DNA from: an uncultured virus (IMG/VR IMGVR_UViG_3300029297_000290)
Lineage: Duplodnaviria > Heunggongvirae > Uroviricota > Caudoviricetes
Direction: 5' to 3' (one strand)
IMG/VR virus record: IMGVR_UViG_3300029297_000290
Length of the DNA: 20,000 nucleotides
Part shown: positions 1 through 12,000 of the stretch, piece after piece
Numbering within the stretch: the first letter of the stretch is position 1
How the letters are laid out: each line of letters begins with the position of its first letter
The notes under the pieces: generated by a model
The model's input: the letters and a program-made list of their open reading frames with translations, nothing else
What the model was told of the DNA's origin: nothing
Databases searched by the model: none
Program-made: the position numbers and the translations under genes

Positions 1-3000
1 GTATTATCCATTTCATTCTCGCAGGCAAAAACAACCGCACCAAACAGAATCTACGTCTACGGATCATCTCGAAACCTGCCATCCAACTACCGCAAGGTGG
101 ACGGTAACGACACAATAGGCGGCGTGGTGGTCAAAAGACTCATGTTACCGGAAGGCACACCATATTTGCAGACCTCCGAGAATATCCCGGAGGCTCAGAT
201 TGTGGAGCAGGTTGTCGTGCTTGATGATGTCTATCCGAAGACCGACCTGACCATCTCCGAAGAGCCGGAGACCTACACCTCGAAAGCGGAGAATAGCGAG
301 GGAGAGAATGTGTCGCAAATATTCTACCGTATCAAGTATGGGAATGATTTCCCTTTCCTTTCGTCTTATATTCTCCCTAATGAGGAGTTGCATATAATCT
401 TCCAATCCGGTCTTCTCAACGGTATGGATTTCGGTATCAAGTTCAACCCCAAAGGTCTGAATGAGAAAAACACCGATGGCAGCATCAATTCCGATGCCCA
501 GATGTTTGAGATTGTTGCCAATGAGGATTATGGCAGAATCCTTCCGGACGATATTCTTAAACCTAAACAAGGAGATAAGTTTATCATCACCGGATGGGAC
601 TCAACAAAGATGGCAGATCTCGGACTTATTGCTACTGCCGAGCAACAGCTTCTCGAAGAGGGACAGAAAGCTCTTGTCGAATATGCTAAGGATCTTTCTT
701 CATGTACCTGCCCGATGGCGTGGGATTTCATGAAGAATCTTCTCAGTAATGAAGATCAGCCAATACCGGGAGATGAGGTTATGATCATTGATACGGTGCA
801 TTTCGGCACAGGAGGGCGCAAAAGTCGTATCCTCGGCTACGAATACCGTCTTGACATACCCTACGCCAATTGGACGTATAACTGCGGCGAGAATATCTCC
901 GTGTCGCGTCTCAAATCAATTGAGAATAAGATTGAAGGGTTAACGAAGACCGGAACAAAGGTGCAGATGCAGAATAGTCTCGACTTCCTTTCAAAACGCT
1001 ATTCTGACCGCACCGCATACCTGCTGACTTCTGATGAAGGATTTCAGGTGGGGGATTTTTTTGCAGCCGTTTCCGGTGCAATGCTTGGTAAAGAGAAAGA
1101 GACGGGACAGACATATCTTGAAGTGGACAAGATATATGCACGTGTGAGGGCGTATTTTGAGGAACTGACCGTTGTTGAGGCAAATACACTTGCTGGAAAG
1201 CAATACATCACACCGGGAGGGAGTGTCAAATGTTCTTTTGTAAGAGAGGTGCGGAATGAGGATGGTGTCCTTGTCGGCTGGCGATGTTATTTTATATCAG
1301 ATCAGGATGGGGAAAAGACCGAGACAAAGATAAATGTCGGAGATCAGGCTATCTCTGAAATGTTCAATGCAAAAGAAGGTGTCGCAAACAAGGTGTCTAA
1401 TCATCGTTGGTGGCGTCTTGTGACGGCAGTGTCTCAGGATGGACATGAGGAGTCAGGCAACAGATATGGATATATCGAGGTGTCAGCATTTGATTGTGAA
1501 GAGGGATCTGATGTTCCAGTGGCAGGTGATGTCATCGCCCAGTTCGGCAACCGCACAGACCATGACCGTCAGGCAGCCATGATATTCTCTACCGTTGATT
1601 CAGATGCCCCATCAATAAAACTTCTCTCTGGTATTGATTCGTATTCCATTGCGGGGAAAGATGTCATTTCGTATGGATATGATCCGGTGAAGGGGAATGC
1701 CTATTTCAACTGCTATGGAGATATGTATGTCGGAGACCCCGACGGCTCCACATTCATCAGATACAATCGTGCATCAAGATCAATGGATGCAAGATTACGT
1801 CTTTCCATAGCATCCACCATTGACGACAAGCTGATAGCCGATTACGTCAAGGATGAGGCGGACAAGGCAAACGCTGCGCTGAAAGATAAGGTGAACGAGC
1901 TTCAGAATCAGATAGACGGCGTTATCGAGACATGGAATGAGGACACAGACCCAACCAAGACGAACTATCCCGCATCCGATTGGAACACCGATGAGGAACG
2001 GATGAAACATGCGGGTGACGTGTACTTCAACATAGGTGCGTATGACCCCGTGAACAACCCAAATGCGGGTCATGCGTGGCGTTGGTACTACAAATCCCCG
2101 ACCGACTACGGGTGGATTGAGATAGCGGATTCCGATGCCGTGCGTGCGTTGGAATTGGCTCACATGTCCGTGATGGACACAGATGTCCTCTTCATTCAGA
2201 CCGACTCGCAGACAAATACACCTACACTTCCTACCGTCAATGCTTCTGGCGTGATAACCGACCCGAAAGGTTGGACTACCGACGCACCGCAATGGGTGGA
2301 TGGCAAGTATATATGGCAGACCACATACGTCAGAAAAGGTGACGGAAAATCATCATTCTCTGACCCGACCTGTATCTCGGGCAGAAACGGAAAGGATGGA
2401 CCCCAAGGCGTACCGGGCGAGACAGGAGCAGACGGAAAGACATACTACACATGGATTCGCTATGCCGATGATGAACACGGCAACGGCATCTCCAACAATC
2501 CGACGGGCAAGGACTATATCGGATTCGCATATAACAAGGAAACGGCGATTGAGAGCAACAATCCCACCGACTACACATGGAGCAAGATTAAGGGTGAACA
2601 GGGGGCGCAGGGTCTGCGCGGTCTGCAAGGAGAACAGGGCGAGCAGGGCATCCCCGGTCAAAAAGGAGCGGATGGCAAGACATCATACTTTCACATCAAA
2701 TATTCCGCAGTCCCGAATCCGACAGATGCGTCACAGATGACCGAGACACCAAGCACCTACATCGGCACATACGTTGACTATACCGAGGCAGACTCTTCCG
2801 ACCCGAAGAAATACACATGGTCACGCTTCGAGGGTATGCAGGGCGCGGATGGTTCTGATGGAATACCGGGAACGAACGGTGTTGACGGAAAGACCTCATA
2901 TCTTCACATCAAGTATTCAAACGACGGTCAGACATTCACGCCTGCGGGCGGTGGGCTTGCACTCGGTGAACAGCCGGGTGATTGGATAGGGCAATATACT

Positions 3001-6000
3001 GACTTCAATCAGAAGGACTCCACAAACTTCTCCGACTACACATGGAGCAAGATTAAGGGTGAACAGGGTAATCAAGGTGTGCCGGGTCAGAAAGGTGCTG
3101 ACGGGAAGCAGTATTGGACTTGGATTAAATACTCCGACAATGCCAACGGCACACCGATGTACGACACACCGAACACAAACACCAAGTATATCGGCATCGC
3201 GGTAAACAAGGAGACACAGGCGGAGGGTTCTGACCCGAAAGAATACACATGGTCACTATTCAGAGGTGACGACGGTACAAGTGTTGCCATTGATTCGCAG
3301 TCAGTGAAATACTCCACCGTACACACATCCGCGCAACCTGCGGATTCCACATTCACCCTCACCACCGTACCGACACTAAGCGAGGGTCAGTTCCTATGGA
3401 GCATGACCACCGTGGAATACAACAACGGCAAGAGCACCAAGACCTACGCCGTGTCTAAGATAGGCACAAGCGTCAAGGTCAAGACCACCGAGGTGAAGTA
3501 TGCGAAATCCTCCACATCCACGCAACCTGCCGACACCGCCTTCACCTACAACAACATCGGTGACGCGGGGGTGAAGATGGGCGAATATCTTTGGACTCGC
3601 ACCACCGTGACATACACCGACAATACCTCTTTGAAAAGTTACAGCGTCAGCCGAATAGGTGCGGATGGCTCTGACGGCATCCCCGGTACACCCGGTGCAG
3701 ACGGGCGCACGCCATACGTTCACTACGCCTACGCGAACTCCGCAGACGGCAAGACAGGGTTCTCCACGACCTACTTTGCCAACGCATTATATGTGGGCGT
3801 ATGCTCTGACTACAACCAAGCTGACCCGACCACATACGGCAGCTACGAATGGGCGCGACTGAAAGGTGACAAAGGAGACAAGGGTGAACAGGGTCTGCGT
3901 GGATTACAGGGAGAAAAAGGAGAACAGGGCATAGCAGGTGCAAAAGGAGCAGACGGAAAGACAAGCTATTTCCATATCAAGTACGCTCCCGTTCAGAATC
4001 CCACCGCATCGCAGATGACCGAAACCCCGTCAACATATATCGGAACGTATGTGGATTACACCGCAGCGGACTCTTCCGACCCAAGCAAGTACACTTGGGC
4101 GCGGTTTGAGGGCATACAGGGAGCGGACGGAAGTCAGGGCATCCCCGGCAAGAACGGCGCAGATGGCAAGACAAGCTATCTGCACATCAAATACTCCAAT
4201 GACGGCAAGACATTCACTCCTGCACAGGGAAATCTTGCGATAGGCGAGACCCCCGGCGATTGGATAGGTCAGTACACGGATTTCACGCAAGCGGATTCGA
4301 CTGACTTCTCAAAATACACATGGAGTAAAATCAAGGGTGATGACGGGTCAAATGCCAAGAGCGTCACGGTGAACGGTGAGCAGACATTCAGCTACACCAA
4401 CAACTTCACCTCTGCGGCAACACCGACAAGCATAACGCTGTCCGCGACATTGCAGAACACCACGGGTTATCAGTGGAGCTACAAGCGTTCCAATCAGTCG
4501 TCATTCACGAACATAAGCGGTGCTACGGCGGCTACATTGGCAGTCGCGGCAAACAACACCACATACTTCCCGTCGGGAATCCACGCCTGTACGTTCAGAT
4601 GTACTTCGGGCAGCGTCTATGATGAGATGACTCTTGTCAAGGTGTCGAGCGGCGCGACGGGTGCAAAGGGAGATACGGGTGCTAAAGGTGCCGACGGCTA
4701 CACAGTGATACTCTCCAACGAAAGCCATATATTCAAGGGCGACACGGAGAAAGCTGTCGAGGCAAGCACATCAAGCGAGGTCATAGCCTATAAGGGTTCC
4801 ACAAGGGTTGCAGCCACAATCGGCACCGCGACAGGACTTCCCACGGGCATGACAATCACGGTTGCTAACAACGGCACGACAACCGCCAAGTTCACGGCAA
4901 AGGTGACTACTGCGCTCACTACAAAATCGGGAGTCGTGAGCATACCTGTCACGGTGGACGGCAAGTCATTCACCCGCACGTTCTCATGGACGCTTTCTTT
5001 GGATGGAATCGGTATCACGGAAACGGCTGAATACTATGCCATCTCAAATTCAAGCGCGACCGCGCCTGCCGACAGCGCGTTCTCGACCACGGTTCCGACC
5101 ACCACGACCGCGAAACCCTACCTGTGGAACTACGAAAAAACCACATACTCGAACGGAGTATTCAAGAGTACATCAAAACGTGTCATAGGCGTTCACGGAC
5201 AGAATGGTACTGACGGTGCAGGTATAAGCAAGGTTGAGAACTACTACCTTGCATCTGCCTCCGCAAGCGGTGTCACCACATCTACATCGGGATGGACTAC
5301 AGATGCGGCAAGCACGAACGCCACAATCTCCGACACTAAGCCCTACCTGTGGAACTATGAGAAGATTACATACACAAAGGGCAACCCAACCACGACTTCC
5401 CCTCATATCATAGGTAAGTACGGCAAGGACGGCAACGGCATAGACCGCATAGAGGAGGAATACTACCTCTCCACCTCACGCACGGCGTTACAGGGTGGCT
5501 CATGGTCAACGACAAGACCGACATGGAAGGCGGGTCACTACTATTGGACACGCACGCATATCTATTACGACAACGGCGACAGTGAGGTGACTGACGGAAT
5601 CTGTGTGACAGGAGAGATGGGTACATCCGTGCTTGCACAATACTCCGCCAACGGCTCGTCATGGCACTCTTCCTACACATCGGGCGACCAATGGATGCGC
5701 ACCTCCGACGACAACGGGGCAACGTGGTCTGCTGCGGTCAAGATTACGGCGAGCAACTTTACAAACAATCTCTTATTGCAGACTGAGAATCCAAACACAA
5801 GGATAAATTATCAAAAAAAATATCCGATAGCACCGGGTAGTCTGTTGGCAGTAGGCATAGGAAAGAAAGTGACAATTTCCTTTGACTACGAATACTCCAA
5901 TGTTTCCACCGTGGCTGCGGGAGACACCACATCAAATAAATTCAAATACCGATTCGGTGGCGAAGTCGCATTAAAAAAACCTGACGGAACCAATGATTAC

Positions 6001-9000
6001 AGTTTCTATTATTGGCATACCCTGCCGCAAGGGAAAACGGGATTAAGCGGAAAGGGTACGTTTAAGAAAGCAATGACCATACCATCCATTGCGTCTGACT
6101 CGGCAAAGACCATGTATCTGTTGGCACAGGTATTGGGTGGGACGGTCAAACTCTCCAATTTCAAAATGGAGTATGGGGAAAATTCAGACCCTGTATGGAA
6201 CCCGAACACATCCGAAATGACAGGGAAGTGGCGCAAGTTCCAATGGGCAAAGGTGGCATCCGCGACCACACCGCCGACGAGCGGTTGGCAGGACACCCCT
6301 TTGACGGCACCTGCGGGAGAGTATGTTTGGATGCGCAGCGGCATGGTGGTCCCACCTGCAACCGAACCGACAGCATGGGAAACAGCAATAAGAGTCACGG
6401 GCGACAAGGGAACCGACGGGCAGAGCATATATTCACTTGACCTAAGCAACGAGGTGTCGGGTATAATCTGCAACTCATCGGGTGCGGTCACGGGTTCATA
6501 TCCGACATGCAAGGCTACTGTATGGAAAGGTGCAGGCAAGGTCACGGCGGGCGTGACATACTCCATAGCGTCAAGGACGGGCATATCAAACGCGAGCATT
6601 GACTCAAGCGGCAACGTCACCATGAGCGGGATGACGGCTGATAAGGCTGAAATTGTCGTGCAGGCTGTCGTGAACGGAGTGACGCTGCAAGCCACGATAA
6701 CACTGTATAAGGTAAAGCCGGGTGCGAATGGTACGGCTGCGGTCATGTATTCCATTGAGCCGAGCGTTGACAACATCACACGGTCAATGACGGGAGGTTT
6801 ATCCATATCCTCTGTGACGTGCGATGTCTACAAGACCACGGGCAACACCGCAAGAGTAAAGGATTCAGCCAAGTCTCTGTACTATCAGCGTATCCCCGAC
6901 ATAACCACATGGACTAAGCTGACGCTCACAAACGGCGTGTCCGCTGCAGTGGGTGTATTATCCACGACCGAGGCGGTGATATTCGAGCTGCGTGACGGCT
7001 CGACCGTTCTCGACAGGGAGCGTGTCCCTGTATTGTCGGATGCGGGCGACTTGGATATTGGTGGTCGTAATTTATTGTTAAAAACAGGTGTAGAACATTC
7101 CAATACCGAATATCAAACCGCAAGATACTTTCTTGCTACCGTCCCGACTGTTGGAGATACATATACATTTACGCTATGGGGTACATTGGCATCCAATAAA
7201 ACTGAATTTGGAATTTGGAATAGTGGTGGCATGGTAAAACTATCCTCTTTAAAGAATGTTGCAAAAGGTGTTTATCAAGCAACGTTCAAGTGGACTAATG
7301 GTAGTGGATCCAACCTTGTAGCCAATCCCACATATATTAGTATATATGCTGTCCCGAGTTCAGCGTCGGGAACTTCCACAATCAAGCATGTAAAACTCGA
7401 AAAAGGCAACGTATCTACCGAATGGTCGCCTGCTCCCGAAGATTTCGACTACATCACGGAAGCGATAAAAGGCAACACCGTGGTAAACGGAGGACTTGTC
7501 CTGTCAAGCCTTATCAAGCTCGGTTCTTGGACGGGAAGCGGCAATGACGCAACCATGTCAAAGGTGTGGGCAGGTATGAACGGAGTCTACGGGAATGGCA
7601 AGTCAATAGCCTCATGGTGGGGTGGCGACATGGTGGATAAGTTCTACACGGACGCAGGCGCGGCAAGACCCACGGCACTTACAAGCGGATTCGCGGCAGG
7701 TGTGGTACGCATGGACGGTACAGGCTATCTTGCGAAAGGCAACATCAAGTGGGATTCGGACGGCTCTGCCGACTTTGCGGGCGGCAAGCTGCACATAGAC
7801 TCCAACGGCAACTTGACGCTCGGCGCAGGTGTGGCTATCGGCGGCAATCAGACGCTCGCGGGAGTCACCAACTTCATAGCAGGCATAAGCAATCTTCTTG
7901 TAGCCGAGGATGCGAACGGAAAGGTTGTTTCATGGTCTGACGCGAATCTGACGACAAAGGCGGTGCGGATAAAGGCGGCGAAGAGTTTCTATTCAACAGG
8001 AGGCGTCTCCGCCCTCGGCAACGGCAATGTGTCGGGCAGCGGCGGTGGCGGCTCGTATGGTCTGATGAAGGCGTGGCCATCCGCCGACCCCGGAACAAAC
8101 ACCACAGATGCACTCGCTGCGAACCTCGGCTATGACCTGCACACAAGGGTCAAGAGTCTTGAAGGTGGCAGCGCATTGTCCGTAACAACAACGGGTAGCG
8201 GCAACGCAGTGACCGCGATAGCCAAGAACGGCACCGCAATCACCGTGACCAAGGGCGCGACATTCCTCACGAGCCACCAGTCGCTTGATCACATCAATAG
8301 TCTTGGCAGACTCACAGCGCAATCGGGAACCACAAAAGGGACGCCGGGACTTCGTATGTACGAGGTTTATAACAATGGTTATCCCGTAACTTATGGCAAT
8401 CTGATAAAGGTGCAAGGTGGTGTCTCAAACGGCGGCGGCGAACTGCTTTTAGGATGGATGACAACCAACACAGATACAGGTCGCGTGTTATACCGCAGTC
8501 AGCGCGACGGAACAGCCAATTCATGGACTCCGTGGAAAACCGTTGCGTGGACTTCCGACATCCCCACCTCGATGGCCTGGACTGCAATCACGAGCAAGCC
8601 TACGACCCTATCGGGTTATGGTATAACGGATGGCATCACTGCTGCGACCGCCGCCTCCACATACGTCAAGAAAGCGGGCGACACCATGACAGGGGCGTTG
8701 CAGATAAACATTGACAATGCCGTCAAGCACCTCGGATTTGGACGTGCAGGATACAACTACATCGCTGCAACCGCAGCAGGCGGTACATTGGGATTTGTCA
8801 CCAACGGAAAGGCGGCAGGAACCGCTGCCAACTGCGACCTCATCATACAGGCAAACAAGCTGAATCCCGGCACCACGAACCTTGTAGACCTCGGCGAATC
8901 GGGACATCGCTGGAAGAACGTATACTCCGTACTCGGCAACTTCTCCGGGCAGATCACCTCCTCTGTCGCGACAGGCACGAAGCCATTCAACGTGACCTCC

Positions 9001-12000
9001 ACGACACTCTGCGACAACCTCAACGCCGACCGTCTCGACAACTACCACAAGGAATCCTTCGAAAGCTACTGCAAGACCACCATTGACGCGACAGCACTCG
9101 ACGCAAACACATGGTACCCCGTCACAATGGCTATCGGCAACTCATTGCAGACGCGCATAAGGATTGAGGGCAGCAACGATGCTCCCGGCGCATGGAACAC
9201 CCGAACCGACAAGAGGATGGCTCTTATGCTTGACTACACCGTCAACGGATCATCCTACGGTTGGACTTCGGCACAACGTGTCGTCCACAAGTTCATAACC
9301 GGTGCGGGCGCGACAGGAAATCCCGTCTGCGGATTGGGGCAGCTAACCAACTCCTCCACGGAATACATCTATGTACGCGGCGGTGCGAAGTACAACTTCT
9401 ACACAAGCCGGTTCATCATCCCCACACTGCGCACCGCATCCTACACCGTCAGCAGCCAATCCATCGCCCCAACCACGACACAGCCCGCCCTGATAACCCG
9501 CAACGATGCGCTCACCACCGACAACGTGGCGAGTGCTACCAAACTTGTAACCGCCCGCACCCTGTGGGGGCAGTCGTTCAACGGCACGGCGAACGTCAGC
9601 GGCGACATTACAGGCACAGGCAACATCATCCCCACCACTACCCATGCATCGACCATAGGCACCTCCACAAAGGTATATGAGCGTGCCTATCTGCGATACA
9701 TAGATACGGATAGCGGCTACAACCTGCGCATCTGCGTCGCCGGCACCGAGAAAATATCGGTGCATACAAACGGTAACGTCGGTATTGGACAGACCGCTCC
9801 CGCCTATAATCTTGACGTGACGGGCACACTGCGCACGACAGGGCAGGCAACCCTGGCAAGCGTGAGGATAGGAGACTGCACAATCACATGGGATTCCGCA
9901 AGCAAGGCATTGAAGTTTAATACGGGCATATATTCCACGGGAGGCGTCTCCGCCCTCGGCAACGGCAATGTGTCGGGCAGCGGTTCGGGAAGTTCCTACT
10001 CCCGCTTGGACGGGTGGACTGACTACACCGCAGACAAGTCGCTCCACGTCCTCTCTGCGAAATTAGGCTACGATCTATACACCAACAAGGCAGACAAGAC
10101 GCTGTTGGCATCCTATATAAAGACCGACGGCACCAACGGCACCGCTCCCGGTGTCACCGCGCTAATCAACAAGCTGACGGAGGGGGATTCCAACGTCACA
10201 GACTCCACCCTGTTTGTGACATCCCATGCGTCAACACCTGCCGGCAACAACTATTACCGTAGGAAGGCAACATTTGTTTGGAACTACATCAAGGGTAAGA
10301 CGGATGCCCTCTATCTGAAACTTTCGGGGGGCTCGATGGCAAACACCAATCTTGTGACGAATCTCAATGCAGATTTGTTGGACGGTCTTCACGCATCCCG
10401 ATTCACCCGTGTATGCTCCGGTAGGACTCTTGAAACAGGAACAAAATACATACTTCTCGGCACATTGCCCACATCATCCAATTCCACCTTTGACTCGCTA
10501 CACATAACGGGTGACATAGGCGGCTTCGGAGGAACCGAAAAGGCAGTGATCGACATATATGCCGGCAGACGTAACGGTGTAGGCATAAGAGGATTTGTGA
10601 CTAACCAATCCTCAGCCACGTGGGACATCGGTGTCAATGCCGCAGGACAGGTGTATCTTATACTGAAAGGTCAGTATGTGACATACAACCTAAATCTCTT
10701 CGCATTGCAGGCTACGATAGATTGGACGGGAAACACTTCCACACCGACGGACACCACATTCACATTATTGTCGGCAAGTACACGGATCAGCCGTTTTGTT
10801 GATGCAACATTCAAGGGAACTGCGGACGTGGCTTCAAAACTCGGCTCAGCCACCGTCGGAAGTGGGGTGAAACCGATATATCTTAGTTTGGGAACAGCCA
10901 CCGCATCGTCTTCCACGGTGGGGGCGGCAAACCGTCCCGTGTATATGAACGCTGGCACAATCACAGCAGGGACATACACGTTCGGCAACGCAAACGGCAA
11001 CGCCCCGATAAGCAACGGTACGGTCAACACCAACCTTAATGCCGACATGTTGGACGGTGTGCATAACGGGAGTTTAACTGCTAAATATATAACTGCCATT
11101 ACATTCGATAATGCTTCGGATATACCCTCTAATGCTTTTATGTGGCAAGCTAACGGCAATGTTACAGATGTAACTACAATGGCATACAAAAGTGGGATCT
11201 CCATAGGGAATGGTATGGCTCGAGCATGGCAGATCTTTTCTGGACGAGGCAACAATCATGTCTATTATCGTAATGCGAAAGAGGACATGTCGGGATGGAA
11301 CGATGATATAAAGACGATTGCCTTCACCACCGACAACGTGGCTTCCGCCTCGAAATTGCAGACCGCACGCACCCTGTGGGGCAAATCATTTGATGGCACT
11401 GCAAATGTCACGGGCAACCTCACAAGTGTCGGGAATATCACTGGTTCCGCTGCCATGACAATAAAAGCCAACGGTGCGCTCACACTCCATAGCACTGCAA
11501 ACATCGCACTGAAAGCCAACGATGACGATACGAAATCCGTGATATTAAACGCCTCCGCATTCAAGCCTTACGATGCCGCGACGACCAAGTTGACTCTCGG
11601 GAGTGCCACTGCGCGTTGGGCGACGCTTTATGCTACGGGTGGTAACTTTACCGCACCTTTGACTATCAACTACACTACGGAGACGGGTATTAATCTATAT
11701 CGCAGGGAAGCAGGCGGCGGTGCGTTCATCCGATTCTACAATGCGAACCAGACCACCAACTTCTACCGAATCGGCATGTACGGCGATGGCAAATACGGCA
11801 TCGGCTACAACGGCACAGACGCAATAACCATACTGACGGGCGGTAACGTCGGCATCGGTCAGTCTGCACCCACCACAAAACTTGACGTGAATGGTGCGAT
11901 ACACGCAAACGGTTGGATAGGCACCACGGGTAATGTCGGATGGAAATCCGACACTCATGGAGGAGGCATCTACATGGCAGACGCAACATGGGTGCGCACA

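Noticed and set aside
97..99. GTG at 97 as the start of the giant ORF
   Set aside because: The frame is open from base 1 with plausible tail-protein sequence, so the true start is probably upstream of the window.
1056..5979. In-phase slippery runs T7 (1056-1062), A8 (5813-5820) and A7 (5973-5979) as programmed frameshift or phase-variation sites
   Set aside because: The runs are short and explained by Phe-Phe or Lys-Lys codons in AT-rich patches. No convincing alternative-frame product or stimulatory structure was found.
2567..11342. Direct repeats as a CRISPR array or a DGR template/variable repeat pair
   Set aside because: There are only two copies each, far apart and in coding frame. Differences between paralogous segments are mostly synonymous rather than adenine-specific, and no cas or reverse transcriptase gene is present.
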